DNA from: Synechococcus sp.
Lineage (GTDB): Bacteria; Cyanobacteriota; Cyanobacteriia; PCC-6307; Cyanobiaceae
Assembly (NCBI GenBank): GCA_047285535.1
Contig: JBJBDC010000001.1
Coordinates: 864,136-928,135, forward strand
Reading direction: 5' to 3'
DNA length: 64,000 bases
Below, piece by piece: positions 51,516 to 62,206 of the stretch (positions within the stretch are counted from its first letter, which is position 1; every line of letters starts with the position of its first letter). The translations under genes and the position numbers were made by a program. Below the pieces are notes generated by a model. The model was not told the origin of the DNA, did not search any database, and saw only the letters and a list, made by a program, of their open reading frames with translations.

Positions 51516-53007
51516 GTGCCGTTTCTAAAAATCGTTTTAGGGCACTATCACGACGGTTGAGGTCGTAGTGATGCTGCACAACATCCTGCACGCCGCCATC
51601 GCCCCAGTCTTGATCCTGCTGGAAGTAAGTGATGAAACTGGCTCCTGCGATGCGCGTTAACCAAGCTGCAGCAACACCCTGAACAGCTTTCCCAAGAAGC
51701 AGAGTGGGCAAATTCACGCTAAGGGCGGTACCAATCAGAGCAACACCTCCTTTGACAACACCAAGTCCTGCAAGCGTTCTCCCAACCGACACGGCCAGCT
51801 CCTGAGCTTTGGAACGTGTCAACGGCACGTTGTAGACCCTTGCCACCTCCATCACCATCTGGGCATTGACAGCTGCAGTACCAAGCAAGTCGACGCCGGG
51901 GAGTGGCGTCGCGGCCACGACGCCTGCACTAATCCAGCTGTATCGATCAACGATTCGTCGTGCCTCTGTCTGACGCTGCCTGTTGAGAAGAGATCGACCC
52001 TTGTCACCCAGATCTCTGCATTGCAGAAGAATGTTGTCAGCCAGGAGTTCTTCACCATCGGCATGGAGCACAACGGCCATTCTCTGAAGCAACAGGGCCA
52101 CTTCAGGTGATGGTTGCCAGGGTTGCTGCCCTGGTCTTGGCAAGGATTGGGGCGATGCACTGGTGGGGATCACGTCCTCGCCAGCCAGCCAACCTCTGCA
52201 ACGACCTCGGAGCAAGGCCAATAAGCGCTTCTCCTCTTCTTCTCCGCGTAAATCGCATTTGTTCAAGATCAAAAGCAGTCTCTTACCCAAGCCAGCGAGG
52301 CTGCGCACCACATCCAGTTCGGCAGATCGAAGATCACCATCCACCACGACCAGCATCAAATCAGCACGGCTGGCACGCTCTCGGGCCTCCTGTTCCCGCT
52401 CTCTTCCATCAAGACCACTTTCAAGAATTCCTGGTGTATCCACCAACTGAAGGCCCCGTTCCAGTTTGTTGAGGCGCAGCCGATAGGTCTGGCTGCCGGT
52501 GGTGGAACCCATCGGTGCACCAACACTGCCAACGATGTCTTGGAGCAAGGCACGAATCAGTGATGTTTTTCCACTGGAACCAGTGCCAAAGACCACCACC
52601 ACCAAATCGCCGCGGGCAAGCTCACGGGCGACTCTCTCTCTTTCGAGGTGAAGGGATTGACGGGCCACATCGTCCTGAAGACGATCCAACAAACGATCGA
52701 TACTTTGCAGGCTTTGTTCAGCAGCTTGACGACGGGTTCCTGGGGGTAAGGGAGCCTGACTCTGATTGTTCGTGTTGGTTGTTGAGTGACGGCCTTTCCA
52801 ACCCTTCCACCACGGCAACCCAACCTGAACCACCATCGCTATGACCAGGATGGTGCCGATCAGCAGAACTGGACCCAGGAGCCAAGGCGGAAGGATGTAA
52901 CTCAGATCCCAGAGCAGATTGCGAATGGCCTGCAACACCAGACCAAGCACCAGCAGAACAATCAGTCCTGCGGCTCCAAGAAGTATCCAGCGATTTTTTC
53001 CTTTCAT
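51406..53007 (-). CDS. YcjF/DUF697 family membrane GTPase
   Basis: GTGSSGKTS, DTPG, NKCD, TPLPGVD; N-terminal TMs. Confidence 0.92.
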   Translation of the reverse strand: MKGKNRWILLGAAGLIVLLVLGLVLQAIRNLLWDLSYILPPWLLGPVLLIGTILVIAMVVQVGLPWWKGWKGRHSTTNTNNQSQAPLPPGTRRQAAEQSLQSIDRLLDRLQDDVARQSLHLERERVARELARGDLVVVVFGTGSSGKTSLIRALLQDIVGSVGAPMGSTTGSQTYRLRLNKLERGLQLVDTPGILESGLDGREREQEARERASRADLMLVVVDGDLRSAELDVVRSLAGLGKRLLLILNKCDLRGEEEEKRLLALLRGRCRGWLAGEDVIPTSASPQSLPRPGQQPWQPSPEVALLLQRMAVVLHADGEELLADNILLQCRDLGDKGRSLLNRQRQTEARRIVDRYSWISAGVVAATPLPGVDLLGTAAVNAQMVMEVARVYNVPLTRSKAQELAVSVGRTLAGLGVVKGGVALIGTALSVNLPTLLLGKAVQGVAAAWLTRIAGASFITYFQQDQDWGDGGVQDVVQHHYDLNRRDSALKRFLETALTRVVEPLQKSSRRRLPPQPEPRAEGGAWGRGHREQ

Positions 53008-55160
53008 CCGCCTGAAACACTGCCGCGTCCCGCAGCACGAATAATCCGACTCCAAAGAGAAGCCGCTAACGCGCTCGAACTGGCTGAAGGACTGTTGTCA
53101 TCATTTCCAAGCCAGATGCCAAGGACCCAATTTCGGCTTGGTTCATAGCCGATAAAGAGCAAGTCGCGACCATCGTTCGTCGTGCCAGTCTTGCCTCCTT
53201 CCTGGCCCCCGAGAGCGGCTGCACGCCCGGTTCCGCTGCGAATCACAGATCGCATCAAGCCCTGCATATGCCGTGCGGTTTGCGGCTTTAAAACGCGACG
53301 AGCTGAACGTCGCTGATGGTCATCTCCATTGAGACTGCCGCAGCCGCGTGAACCCTCCGAGCGGCACGTTTCAGCATCAAGAAGACGGCGAATCGTTGTG
53401 GGCTGCTGCCAGATCCCGCCGTTGGCAACAGCCGCATAGGCACTTGTGAGTTCGATCAAGCGAACCTCACTCTGCCCAAGGGCGAGCCCCGGTACGGCCT
53501 GTAAAGGGGTGGTGATACCCAGTCGTCTGGCCTGCTGCACCACCCGCTCCAGCCCCACGCGTCTGGCCAAGCGCAAGGCTGCAGTGTTATGGCTGGATGC
53601 AAAGGCGCTGGCCAGGGTCAACTTGCCTGTGCAGCTGCTGTCAAAGCGTTGACCACCCCAACTCAGGGGGCTGCAATCCAGGGTGTCGCTGGGTTGTAAC
53701 CCTTGCTCAAACGCCGCTAAGTAAGTGATCAATTTAAAGGTGCTGCCTGGTTGCCGCATGGCCATCGAGGCCCTGTTGAACTGGCTGACCTGGTAGTCAC
53801 GACCGCCAGCGATGGCAAGAACGCCCCCATTCCTGCTGTCCAACACCACAGCGGCCCCTTCTCGGACGCCATGTGTTGAGGGGCTGCTTAGCAAACGATT
53901 TAACTGGCGTTCGACAACCGCCTGCAGCAGCGGATCCAAATGGGTTTCGATGAGGAAGTTGCCTTCATCAGCAACATCAGGGCCAACAAGCGCTGTGAGA
54001 TCTCGACGAACCTGATCGGTGTAAAAGGGAGCGGAGCGGCTGATCTGTTCGCGACTGCAAGCCCCTGATGCCAACTGAATCGGCTGACGACGCGCCACTC
54101 TTGCCTCCTCTAAGGACAACCGACCGGCATCAGCCATCTTGTTGATCACCCGATTGCGTGCTTTCAGCGCTCGCTGGGGAAACTGACAGGGGTCATGCCC
54201 ATTGGGTGATGGCAACAGACCCACAAGCAGGGCTGCTTGCTGCACATTCAGATCCGCTGCTGATTGCTCAAAGAAAATGCGCGAGGCATCTTCAAAGCCC
54301 CAACCAACCCCCAAGTACACGCGATTGAGATAGCTCAGAAGCAAATGGCTTTTACTGAAGCGACTTTCCAGCTGGAGAGCCACTAACAGTTCCTTCCATT
54401 TCCGCTGCAAAGTGTCTCCATCCCCCACATATTCGGGATACAGACTCCGCGCCAGCTGCTGGGTAATGCTGCTGCCTCCTTCCAACACTTGTCCACCAAT
54501 TAAATTGGTGCTGAACGCTCGAAGCGTTCCAATGAGATCAATCCCTGGATGCCACCAGAAGCGGTTGTCTTCACTGCTCAGCAAAGCGTTCACAAGAACA
54601 GGCGAAAAAGCGCTCAGTGAACCGAGCTCGCGATGGCGGCTTGAGTCCACCGATGCCAGTGGTTTGTTGTTGCCGTCATAGATCGCAAGCGGTCCGCGCA
54701 CACGCGCTAACTGACCACGCAGAGGCATGTTGAGAGTGGACAAGAGCAGCAGGATCCCACCGCCTCCCAGGCATGCCAACACCACCAGACCAAGGGATCG
54801 CTCGAACCGATGTCGGTGTCGTTGCGTGGCTTGTTCAAACTCAAGGAAGGGTGCACCCGTATCAGAAGCAGGCGCAAACTGAACACGGTCTCCATCTCGG
54901 AGTTCCAGCGTCTGCACGCGACGGCCCTTCCACCACAAGCCATTGGTGGAGTCCAAATCATGGAGGATCCAATGCCGTCCCTTTCGTTGCAGAAAGGCAT
55001 GTTGGCGGCTGACGGCCGGGTGCTTGATGGTCAGCTCCAGCGGACCTTCCCGTCCAATCCGATACCCATCGCCATGCAATGGAATCATGCGATCGGTTTG
55101 ATCTGGCTGATGAATGATCAGCTGAGCGATGGCGCGGGCTTCAGGATTTCGCTTGCCCAT
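53004..55160 (-). CDS. Class A penicillin-binding protein with N-terminal FHA domain (start uncertain)
   Basis: FHA (IGRE, VSRQHA, STNG), transglycosylase EDNRF..H.G / GSSITQQL, transpeptidase STFK, SHN, KTGT. Confidence 0.95.
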   Translation of the reverse strand: MGKRNPEARAIAQLIIHQPDQTDRMIPLHGDGYRIGREGPLELTIKHPAVSRQHAFLQRKGRHWILHDLDSTNGLWWKGRRVQTLELRDGDRVQFAPASDTGAPFLEFEQATQRHRHRFERSLGLVVLACLGGGGILLLLSTLNMPLRGQLARVRGPLAIYDGNNKPLASVDSSRHRELGSLSAFSPVLVNALLSSEDNRFWWHPGIDLIGTLRAFSTNLIGGQVLEGGSSITQQLARSLYPEYVGDGDTLQRKWKELLVALQLESRFSKSHLLLSYLNRVYLGVGWGFEDASRIFFEQSAADLNVQQAALLVGLLPSPNGHDPCQFPQRALKARNRVINKMADAGRLSLEEARVARRQPIQLASGACSREQISRSAPFYTDQVRRDLTALVGPDVADEGNFLIETHLDPLLQAVVERQLNRLLSSPSTHGVREGAAVVLDSRNGGVLAIAGGRDYQVSQFNRASMAMRQPGSTFKLITYLAAFEQGLQPSDTLDCSPLSWGGQRFDSSCTGKLTLASAFASSHNTAALRLARRVGLERVVQQARRLGITTPLQAVPGLALGQSEVRLIELTSAYAAVANGGIWQQPTTIRRLLDAETCRSEGSRGCGSLNGDDHQRRSARRVLKPQTARHMQGLMRSVIRSGTGRAAALGGQEGGKTGTTNDGRDLLFIGYEPSRNWVLGIWLGNDDNSPSASSSALAASLWSRIIRAAGRGSVSGG

Positions 55161-55629
55161 GCCCTTGAAAGAAAGCGTCGATGGCAAAGCAGAGGACTGC
55201 AAGGTTGATGGCGATGTCCGCTCCATTGAAAATGGGAAAACGAACCGGAACCAGCTCCAAAAAGTCGGTGACATATCCGAATTGCCAACGGTCGATGCCA
55301 TTGCCCAGAGTGCCTCCAAGCAAAAAAGCCAAGGCAAGACCTAACCAGAAATTGAGGCGCTTGGATCGCCAAATCAAGCCCACCAATCCAATCGACACGA
55401 GCAGGCTCAGGACGGCAAGCAGGGGTGTCGCATCGCTCAACATGCTGAAAGCAGCTCCGGTGTTGCGAACCAGCCGAAATTGAAGCAATCCAGGCAGGAA
55501 CGGCTGCGACAGTCCGGGAGGAAGGTTAAAACGAGCCCAGTACTTGCTGACTTGATCCAACATCACGATCAGCAGGCTGATGACAACAACCAGACGACGA
55601 CGAATCAAACGGCTGCTTCGACTGATCAT
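55141..55629 (-). CDS. lspA: Lipoprotein signal peptidase
   Basis: DQVSK, NTGAAFS, GNGIDR, VTDF, FNGAD. Confidence 0.97.
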   Translation of the reverse strand: MISRSSRLIRRRLVVVISLLIVMLDQVSKYWARFNLPPGLSQPFLPGLLQFRLVRNTGAAFSMLSDATPLLAVLSLLVSIGLVGLIWRSKRLNFWLGLALAFLLGGTLGNGIDRWQFGYVTDFLELVPVRFPIFNGADIAINLAVLCFAIDAFFQGHGQAKS

Positions 55630-56204
55630 TCGATCAAAAGCAGACGACGAAGAGGCAGAGCGATCAAGGCGATTGCAACGCAAAGCACCAGTTGAGCTGG
55701 CAGTGGGCCAAGGCTGTAACTGAACAACAGCTCAGGAAAGGATTCACTCCAACGATTCAAACCCGCTCCAAGCAGCAAATTCAGAATTCCGCATAGCTGA
55801 ATCGCAATCACGCCAGCGATCCCAGCCAAGGTGAGGAGCAACACATCGTTCATCCGAAGTTGATGAGCGAGACGTCCGGTGAGCCAAGCTGCTGGCACAA
55901 AGCCAGCCAGATAGCCAAAAGCGGGGGTCAATACATATCCGAAGCCTCCACCGTCATGAAAAACTGGCAGATCAACAAGACCAATTGTGATGTAGGCAAC
56001 AGCTGCTATCACGCCAGCACGGGGGCCACAGACCAGAGCACAAAGTAAAAGCGCTGGAACCTGCCAAGTGCTGGGCAAACTGAGGATCTGAGGAGGTAAT
56101 GTCGCGATGGGCAGGAGAACAGCCGCCGGAATCAGACTTCCCACAAGGATCAATAGAAGCCCAGCGATCGCGCCGCTCCACGTGGCAAGAGCCCGCACGG
56201 GCAA
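55626..56204 (-). CDS. bioY: Biotin transporter BioY
   Basis: TWQVP, GL..LPVF..GGG, P.FGYLAGF. Confidence 0.93.
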   Translation of the reverse strand: MPVRALATWSGAIAGLLLILVGSLIPAAVLLPIATLPPQILSLPSTWQVPALLLCALVCGPRAGVIAAVAYITIGLVDLPVFHDGGGFGYVLTPAFGYLAGFVPAAWLTGRLAHQLRMNDVLLLTLAGIAGVIAIQLCGILNLLLGAGLNRWSESFPELLFSYSLGPLPAQLVLCVAIALIALPLRRLLLIE

Positions 56205-56254
56205 ACAACAACTACAACCATCCTGCTCTAGTAAAGAGTGATTGCCTAGGTGTT

Positions 56255-56482
56255 ATGAGCATTTCAATCGGTGACCAAGTCCGACTGATCAGCCCGATGC
56301 CCTATCTCAAAACAGCAGATCCGATGCCGATGCTTCGGCCATCCGATCTTGTTGGAAGTGACGAATCAGGCTCGGTGGTTGCACTGCATCCTCTTGAAAC
56401 AGCTGCAGTTCGCTTTCGTCGCGGCACATTCTTAATTCCGATTAATCGCCTCTGCCCTGCAAACGAAGAAGAGGACAACTAA
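56255..56482 (+). CDS. sipA: SipA/DUF3148 family NblS-interacting regulator
   Basis: IGDQVRL...PYLKTADPMPMLRP.DL...VRFRRGTFL. Confidence 0.85.
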   Translation: MSISIGDQVRLISPMPYLKTADPMPMLRPSDLVGSDESGSVVALHPLETAAVRFRRGTFLIPINRLCPANEEEDN

Positions 56483-57738
56483 GCGCCAAAGGCCATGTTC
56501 CAGCGCTCAGCCAGGGGTTCGATGGTCGATCCGGGGCCACAAAGACTGAGCAGAGGGTTGGTGAGATGGAGCGATGCGGCAACCCGCAAGGCCGGGCCAT
56601 CCAAAGTCTCCAAAGCCTCCATACAGCGCTGATCATGATCGTCAGGCAAAGCGAGCCCTCTGAGTTGAGCGCGGCGCTCTGCTCTCTGCCCAGTTGTCTG
56701 CGAGGCATGGGCCAGTTGACCCCGAAATTTCGCACAAGCCAAATTGAGATCGGAGGTCTTGAGCGTTTGTTCCACTAAGTCCCGCCAACTCATGATCAAT
56801 AAATCCAAGGTCGTAATGGCCTTATCAATCGCAGAGGATGCATGCAAAATAAAAGGTGAGGCCATCGCCCTTGCGGGATGGTGAACGCCCACGTCATAAG
56901 CCACACCATGGTCTTCGCGAAGCCTGCGAAAGAGCAGACTCGACATACCAGTACCAAGATGCGTTTGCAGCAGACGAAGCGCCAGATCGTCTGGGTGTCC
57001 GTGGGGAAGAGTGGGCTGACCAAGCATCAGCACGACCTGCTCTGTGGGAAGAGAATGGAGATGAACGGTTGGTTTCGAGGACAGCGCTTCTGGTCGACTC
57101 GCGCCATCGATTCCCGCAGTCGATGGATCTCGTTTGGCTCGAGCTTGAATTCCATCAGCTTGCAGTTGGTCCAACAAACCTGCTGGGATGGAACCCGACA
57201 AGGCCAAGATGGATCCGTCTCTGCTGAGGGACTTGGCAATCGGCCGAAGGGACTCTGTGGTGAGCTGTTGCAGTTCATCGGCGACGCCTAAAGGGTCATG
57301 GCCGTAAGGGCCAGAGCCGTAAGCCAACTGGCGCCAGCCATCAAAAGCCAGGTGAAATGGGTCCTCTTGCTGACGCTGCAGAGCCTGAAGACTGAGCTCC
57401 CGCTCGAGATTCACTTGATCAGCGTGTAAATGGGGCTCGTACAACATCGAAGCCAACAAGGGCAGCAGTTGAGGGCTATCCAGATCTCTGCATTTCAGAC
57501 TGATCAGCAGACCATCTTCATGGGTGTCGCAACGTAATCCGGCTCCACATCCCTCCACCAGATCGGCCATTTGAATTGCATCGAGCGCGCCACAGCCTCG
57601 TGTCAGGACTGATGCCAGCAATTGATGAGCTCCTCTCTGGCCAATCGGATCAGCTGCGCTACCCCTGCCGATCCACAATTTGGCGGCTAAAACTCCTGGT
57701 GTCTGCACAGGATCCAGAACCAGATCAGTAGTGGTCAC
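56479..57738 (-). CDS. M16 family peptidase, non-catalytic subunit
   Basis: M16 fold motifs (HQLLASVLTRG, SSLLF..LRE..G.AY) without HXXEH. Confidence 0.88.
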   Translation of the reverse strand: MTTTDLVLDPVQTPGVLAAKLWIGRGSAADPIGQRGAHQLLASVLTRGCGALDAIQMADLVEGCGAGLRCDTHEDGLLISLKCRDLDSPQLLPLLASMLYEPHLHADQVNLERELSLQALQRQQEDPFHLAFDGWRQLAYGSGPYGHDPLGVADELQQLTTESLRPIAKSLSRDGSILALSGSIPAGLLDQLQADGIQARAKRDPSTAGIDGASRPEALSSKPTVHLHSLPTEQVVLMLGQPTLPHGHPDDLALRLLQTHLGTGMSSLLFRRLREDHGVAYDVGVHHPARAMASPFILHASSAIDKAITTLDLLIMSWRDLVEQTLKTSDLNLACAKFRGQLAHASQTTGQRAERRAQLRGLALPDDHDQRCMEALETLDGPALRVAASLHLTNPLLSLCGPGSTIEPLAERWNMAFGA

Positions 57739-59027
57739 GAAGATTGCTCCGGTAAAGCCACGAGGGTGAAGGCTTGATCGCTCTGCAGAAAGGGCAATAG
57801 GGAACTTTGCAACCTCTCCATGGTCCAAGTTTTCATGTAACCCAGCGGAGAAAGCAAATTCTGGGTGCGTCCCCACAGGGAGTGTGATCCGGCTAGAGCA
57901 GCAACTGATCCAGGGGCTTCAAGGCTGAAACGAAGACCATTACCTACAAGTTGTTGGGCCCGATGAAGTTCATCATTTCTGATCTCATCCACAAGTGAAC
58001 GTCTCAATTCATCATGGATAACGGTTTCAACCTGCTCGATCTGATCTTCAGGGCAGCAGGCTTCCAGCATCACCACACTTCCCTGCTCCAGCACGGTGAC
58101 ATCCATATCGATGGATTCCACGATTTGAAGGTCTTCCCTTAACCGTTGCACCAAACGGCTGCGCCTCCCTTCCGCAAGAAGGGTGGTTGCCAAGTCCGCA
58201 CCCATCAACCTGTCTTGATCATTGGCTGCGGCCATCGGCCAAGCCATCAGCAACCGCGCTGCTTCAAGGCGGGGGAAGCGCATGGTTTGGCGTCCCGTTT
58301 GAAAGGAGATCGAGTTGTCGGACTCATCTTGGATGTCTTCAGACAGATTCCCTTCAAGCTGGGTCAGGCGGCTCGACTGAATGTGCTCCAACAAGGTTGA
58401 TGTCACAGCCCCACTGATCGCCAGACAACAGTTTGGGCCGCGATACCTCCTGCGATGAAACTGACGCATGGACTCGGGTGTGCTGTTGATCAGACTTTCT
58501 TCCCAGCCCAAAATTGGCCGACCATAGGGGTGTTGTCCAAAGCCTTGGCTCAAAAGTTTTTGGAATACTTGTTCATCGGGTTGATCGCGATACTGGGCGA
58601 TCTCTTCCAGCACCACGCCCCGTTCCATGCCGTAGGCCTCCTCCCTCAGTGCCGGATTGAGCACAAGATCCAACAACAAGTCGAGCGCTTCCTGGGCGCA
58701 ATCAACAGGCACCAAAACATGAAAGTGCACGTCATCAAAACCTGTGGCTGCATTGCTGCTGCCGCCTAGTGCCTCAATACGACGATCAAATTCACCCGCT
58801 TGAAGGGTTGCGCTTCCCTTGAACACCATGTGCTCAAGGAAGTGAGCCAGACCTTCCTCACCCTGACCTTCCCAGGTGCTGCCGCCCCGACACCAAAAAT
58901 CAAGACAGGTGAGGGCTGCATCTGGCATCAGTGCACTCACGGTTCGGCAGCCGTTCTTCATGAGCTGATGCTGCAGCCCAGGGCCAGAAGTGATCTCAGT
59001 CAGGTTCCAGTGGCAAAGCCTTACCAC
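57735..59027 (-). CDS. M16 family zinc peptidase, catalytic subunit (start uncertain)
   Basis: GLAHFLEHMVFKG, NAATGFD, ERGVVLEE, HPYGRPILG. Confidence 0.93.
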   Translation of the reverse strand: MVRLCHWNLTEITSGPGLQHQLMKNGCRTVSALMPDAALTCLDFWCRGGSTWEGQGEEGLAHFLEHMVFKGSATLQAGEFDRRIEALGGSSNAATGFDDVHFHVLVPVDCAQEALDLLLDLVLNPALREEAYGMERGVVLEEIAQYRDQPDEQVFQKLLSQGFGQHPYGRPILGWEESLINSTPESMRQFHRRRYRGPNCCLAISGAVTSTLLEHIQSSRLTQLEGNLSEDIQDESDNSISFQTGRQTMRFPRLEAARLLMAWPMAAANDQDRLMGADLATTLLAEGRRSRLVQRLREDLQIVESIDMDVTVLEQGSVVMLEACCPEDQIEQVETVIHDELRRSLVDEIRNDELHRAQQLVGNGLRFSLEAPGSVAALAGSHSLWGRTQNLLSPLGYMKTWTMERLQSSLLPFLQSDQAFTLVALPEQSS

Positions 59028-59551
59028 GTTATCGACTGGAGCGACTGGTCTACAGCCATCAGAGTCATGGCTTAGACCCGGCGTACCAGTTTGATTATTA
59101 CTACAAATTCTTTGTAGCTCAAACAATAAAAAACTATTCAGAAGTTGCTCAAGAAGCAGCAAGAAAATAATTAATCCACTACGAATCAATCTTCTCCATA
59201 GGGTTAAAACTGGATTCTCCAAGAAGATGCACACCAGCATCTATTAACTTTCACCAGCGAGAGAAAGGCCTCTTCATTCTCAAACAGCAACCCAAAAAGC
59301 TATCATGAGAAACTAGCCTTAACCTTCAGCCAGAAAATCTGAAGCGATAAAAATGAATTCCAAGCAAACACCAAACCATCAAAATACATGCAAATCAAAA
59401 ACTCAAAAAAATTCTTTTAGGGGCAGCGTTTTCATGCGGCTCTCATCTTTCCAGCAATAACCGGACCGGCTAAGCAAATTTACTGCATACTTTCACCAAC
59501 CTTTAATCAAATTTCTCATCATAGTCCAATGTTATGGCATTTACCTGAGAC

Positions 59552-62206
59552 TTGAATGAACAAAGACTTGCTTTGTTTAAAGTGGCTCCTGATTTTTTGT
59601 CGAGCATTATCTTTGATGAAAATCCAAACTTCGCTTTTTCTGCGAATGGCTGGCTCATCAATACTGGAATTTTTACATTCAACGGACCCGATACTATTCA
59701 GGGAGGTTCACTGTCTTCAGACATTGAATATGGGATCAGAGTAAGCCAGCCCGAAGAAGGTGGAGGCAATGGATTCATCCGATTTGGCGAAATAAATACT
59801 GCGGGTGATAGTTCCAATCTTCTTTTTGGCAATGAGTATACTTTAAACGCCTACGGAAACATAGGCCTACTTATTGACCCCTTCGGCATAATAATTGGAT
59901 CTAGCGGTCAATCATATGATCGATTAAGTGCTACGGGCTTGGAGATTGGTGCTCGTATTGAGGGTTCAATCCTACTACAAGAAGGTCTTAATAATTTTAC
60001 AATAGAGTCCACATCTTCAAATGCTCTAGAGATTGCTAGTGGAGGTTCAATCTTTGGCGGCCGTACTTATTTAGCTAGTGAAGACCTACCGACGGAATTT
60101 GCTCAAGACTTCATTGATGCTTATTCAGAGAATGGCAACGGAATTTACAGCGAAGGGAGTATTAATTTACTTGGCGTGAACAGCAATGATGCAAACCTAT
60201 ATGATTATATTTCAGGCAGAAGTGCTAGTGAAACTGGAATTTATCTGAGCGGAAATTCAGTCAGTAGATTTGGAATCGAAGGGAAAACTATAATACGAGG
60301 AGTTGGCGGGACTAATTCTAATTCATCGGGCATATATCTTGACAATGAAGCGAAGCTGATTGCAGGTAAGGATGCAAGCTTACAAATAGAAGCTACTGGC
60401 CAACCAGGAACACTTGGAGGATTGATAATGCTTGGTGATTCTCAATTAAGCTCTGGAAATGGATTAACACTTGAGGGAACAGGGGGACAGTATGGCGCTT
60501 ACTTTGCAGATAATGCTCAAGTTAACATCAATCGAGGTTTCAACAATTCACGATTCTTCGGAACCTCCAGAGGATTCATAGCCAGGGATTCTGCTGAAAT
60601 AAATCTCAGCAGAGATAACGATTTAATTACAACAAATAGTTTCAGAGTAATTAATAATGCCAAAGCAAGTTTAAGGGGTGGATCGCAAGATCTAATAGAC
60701 GCACATCAAGAAGGTGTTGGTGTTCAAAATAATGCAGTATTAGACTTTGGTTCAGGGCGTTTAAATGCTTTGTACGCAAGAAATGAGTCGCAAAGTGTAT
60801 CGCCCGGATCGTTTCTTGGTTCAGGAGTATTTGTAACAGATAATGCTATTTTAAGCTTAGGAAATAAGCCTGTGACTTTGATTGAAGAAAGTGAGAATGG
60901 TGAAATCACTATCATAGAAAGTGGCCCCATAGGAGACACCCTTGCTTACAGTGAAAATGGAACAGGGGTATTTGTTCAAGGTTTGTTTAAAACTGGTTAC
61001 ACATCTAAACTATTTTCTTATGGTTTTGAATCGGGCATGAGAATAGAAGCAGAGGGTGAAGTCATAAGTGGATCTAACAAAGCTTTCTATGAAGTTATAG
61101 GGTTAAAAAGACATGGGTTAGAAATCGAATCAGGCCATATGAATATGAAAGGTCAAATCAACAAGCTGGAGGCTTATGGAGATATCTCAGGTATTACTCT
61201 TGGAAGCAACAATGAGGATTCATCAACCGATAAGAGACTTAGAATCAAAGGTGGTACTAATACGGTTAATGCGGTCGGAAATACATATGGGATGAATATC
61301 AATTCATCAGGGATATTTCAAGTCATAACGTCTGGGCAAAGCTTCATAACTGCCGCTGGTGACACCATAGGAACCATGATTCAAGAGGGAGGCTTAGCGG
61401 AATTCAGAGGTGACACAAATTTTCAATCAGATGGAGGTTTTTCTGGCCTGATCATGAATGGAAGACTAGCAGGAGACAATCAACGTCAAGTTATCCAAGG
61501 TAGTGGGACAATGAGAGGAATTGAAATTTCAGGAGCTCTTAATTTGTATGGAGGTGATGATATTTTATCCGGCATATTGTCTGATAGTGAAACAGAAGGG
61601 AGTTCAGCATCAGATGGGTTTAGTCTTGAAAGAAATTTAACGGATAGCAGTCAGTCTCTAACTGAGGATCAGTCCCCATTCCAGCCCGAAACCATTATAC
61701 GAGCATCATTATTTACTGACATAAACAATGACATTATAGACTCCTCTATTGTTTCAGATATGCCATCGAGCATAGATGCTATTACTGGCATAGATATGCC
61801 CAAGGATGGTATTTATGTGCATGTTGGGAAGGAAGCGCGTATGGGTAGGGGTAACGATGCCTCAGTATCCAGACATTATGGAGGTGATGGGACCATCAAT
61901 TATGGAAATGGTCAGGACGAAGCTTGGGGTTTTGGAGCAATTAATGCGGTTGGAGGAAGAGGATTTGACACGTGGCGACCCTATGATGGAGTCTATTTAA
62001 TCGAAGGGACAGGAAGTATCAGCTGGGATGTAACTAATTTATCGTACGAAGGTATTGATGCTTTCTCTGAGACCATGAGTTTCGAGGGCTTTGAATTCAT
62101 AAAACCTGCCGATTCAAATTCCTTGGAAAACTTGAATTTTGGCGCTATCGAATTCGGCCAGACTGCATTGCTTATAGTGAATGAGGGAAATACTTTGCTG
62201 ATATGA
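59552..62206 (+). CDS. Large acidic Gly/Ser/Asn-rich RTX-like surface or secreted protein; upstream in-frame ATG (59534) is separated by a TGA
   Basis: 884 aa, low GC, GGDD/GRGND/GNGQD/GGRGFD motifs, no Sec signal peptide. Confidence 0.8.
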   Translation: MNEQRLALFKVAPDFLSSIIFDENPNFAFSANGWLINTGIFTFNGPDTIQGGSLSSDIEYGIRVSQPEEGGGNGFIRFGEINTAGDSSNLLFGNEYTLNAYGNIGLLIDPFGIIIGSSGQSYDRLSATGLEIGARIEGSILLQEGLNNFTIESTSSNALEIASGGSIFGGRTYLASEDLPTEFAQDFIDAYSENGNGIYSEGSINLLGVNSNDANLYDYISGRSASETGIYLSGNSVSRFGIEGKTIIRGVGGTNSNSSGIYLDNEAKLIAGKDASLQIEATGQPGTLGGLIMLGDSQLSSGNGLTLEGTGGQYGAYFADNAQVNINRGFNNSRFFGTSRGFIARDSAEINLSRDNDLITTNSFRVINNAKASLRGGSQDLIDAHQEGVGVQNNAVLDFGSGRLNALYARNESQSVSPGSFLGSGVFVTDNAILSLGNKPVTLIEESENGEITIIESGPIGDTLAYSENGTGVFVQGLFKTGYTSKLFSYGFESGMRIEAEGEVISGSNKAFYEVIGLKRHGLEIESGHMNMKGQINKLEAYGDISGITLGSNNEDSSTDKRLRIKGGTNTVNAVGNTYGMNINSSGIFQVITSGQSFITAAGDTIGTMIQEGGLAEFRGDTNFQSDGGFSGLIMNGRLAGDNQRQVIQGSGTMRGIEISGALNLYGGDDILSGILSDSETEGSSASDGFSLERNLTDSSQSLTEDQSPFQPETIIRASLFTDINNDIIDSSIVSDMPSSIDAITGIDMPKDGIYVHVGKEARMGRGNDASVSRHYGGDGTINYGNGQDEAWGFGAINAVGGRGFDTWRPYDGVYLIEGTGSISWDVTNLSYEGIDAFSETMSFEGFEFIKPADSNSLENLNFGAIEFGQTALLIVNEGNTLLI

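Noticed and set aside
59546..59548. Selenocysteine recoding of the TGA (mnmH/selU is in the window)
   Set aside because: SelU modifies tRNA only; no SECIS evident, non-catalytic context, and cyanobacteria generally lack the Sec insertion machinery
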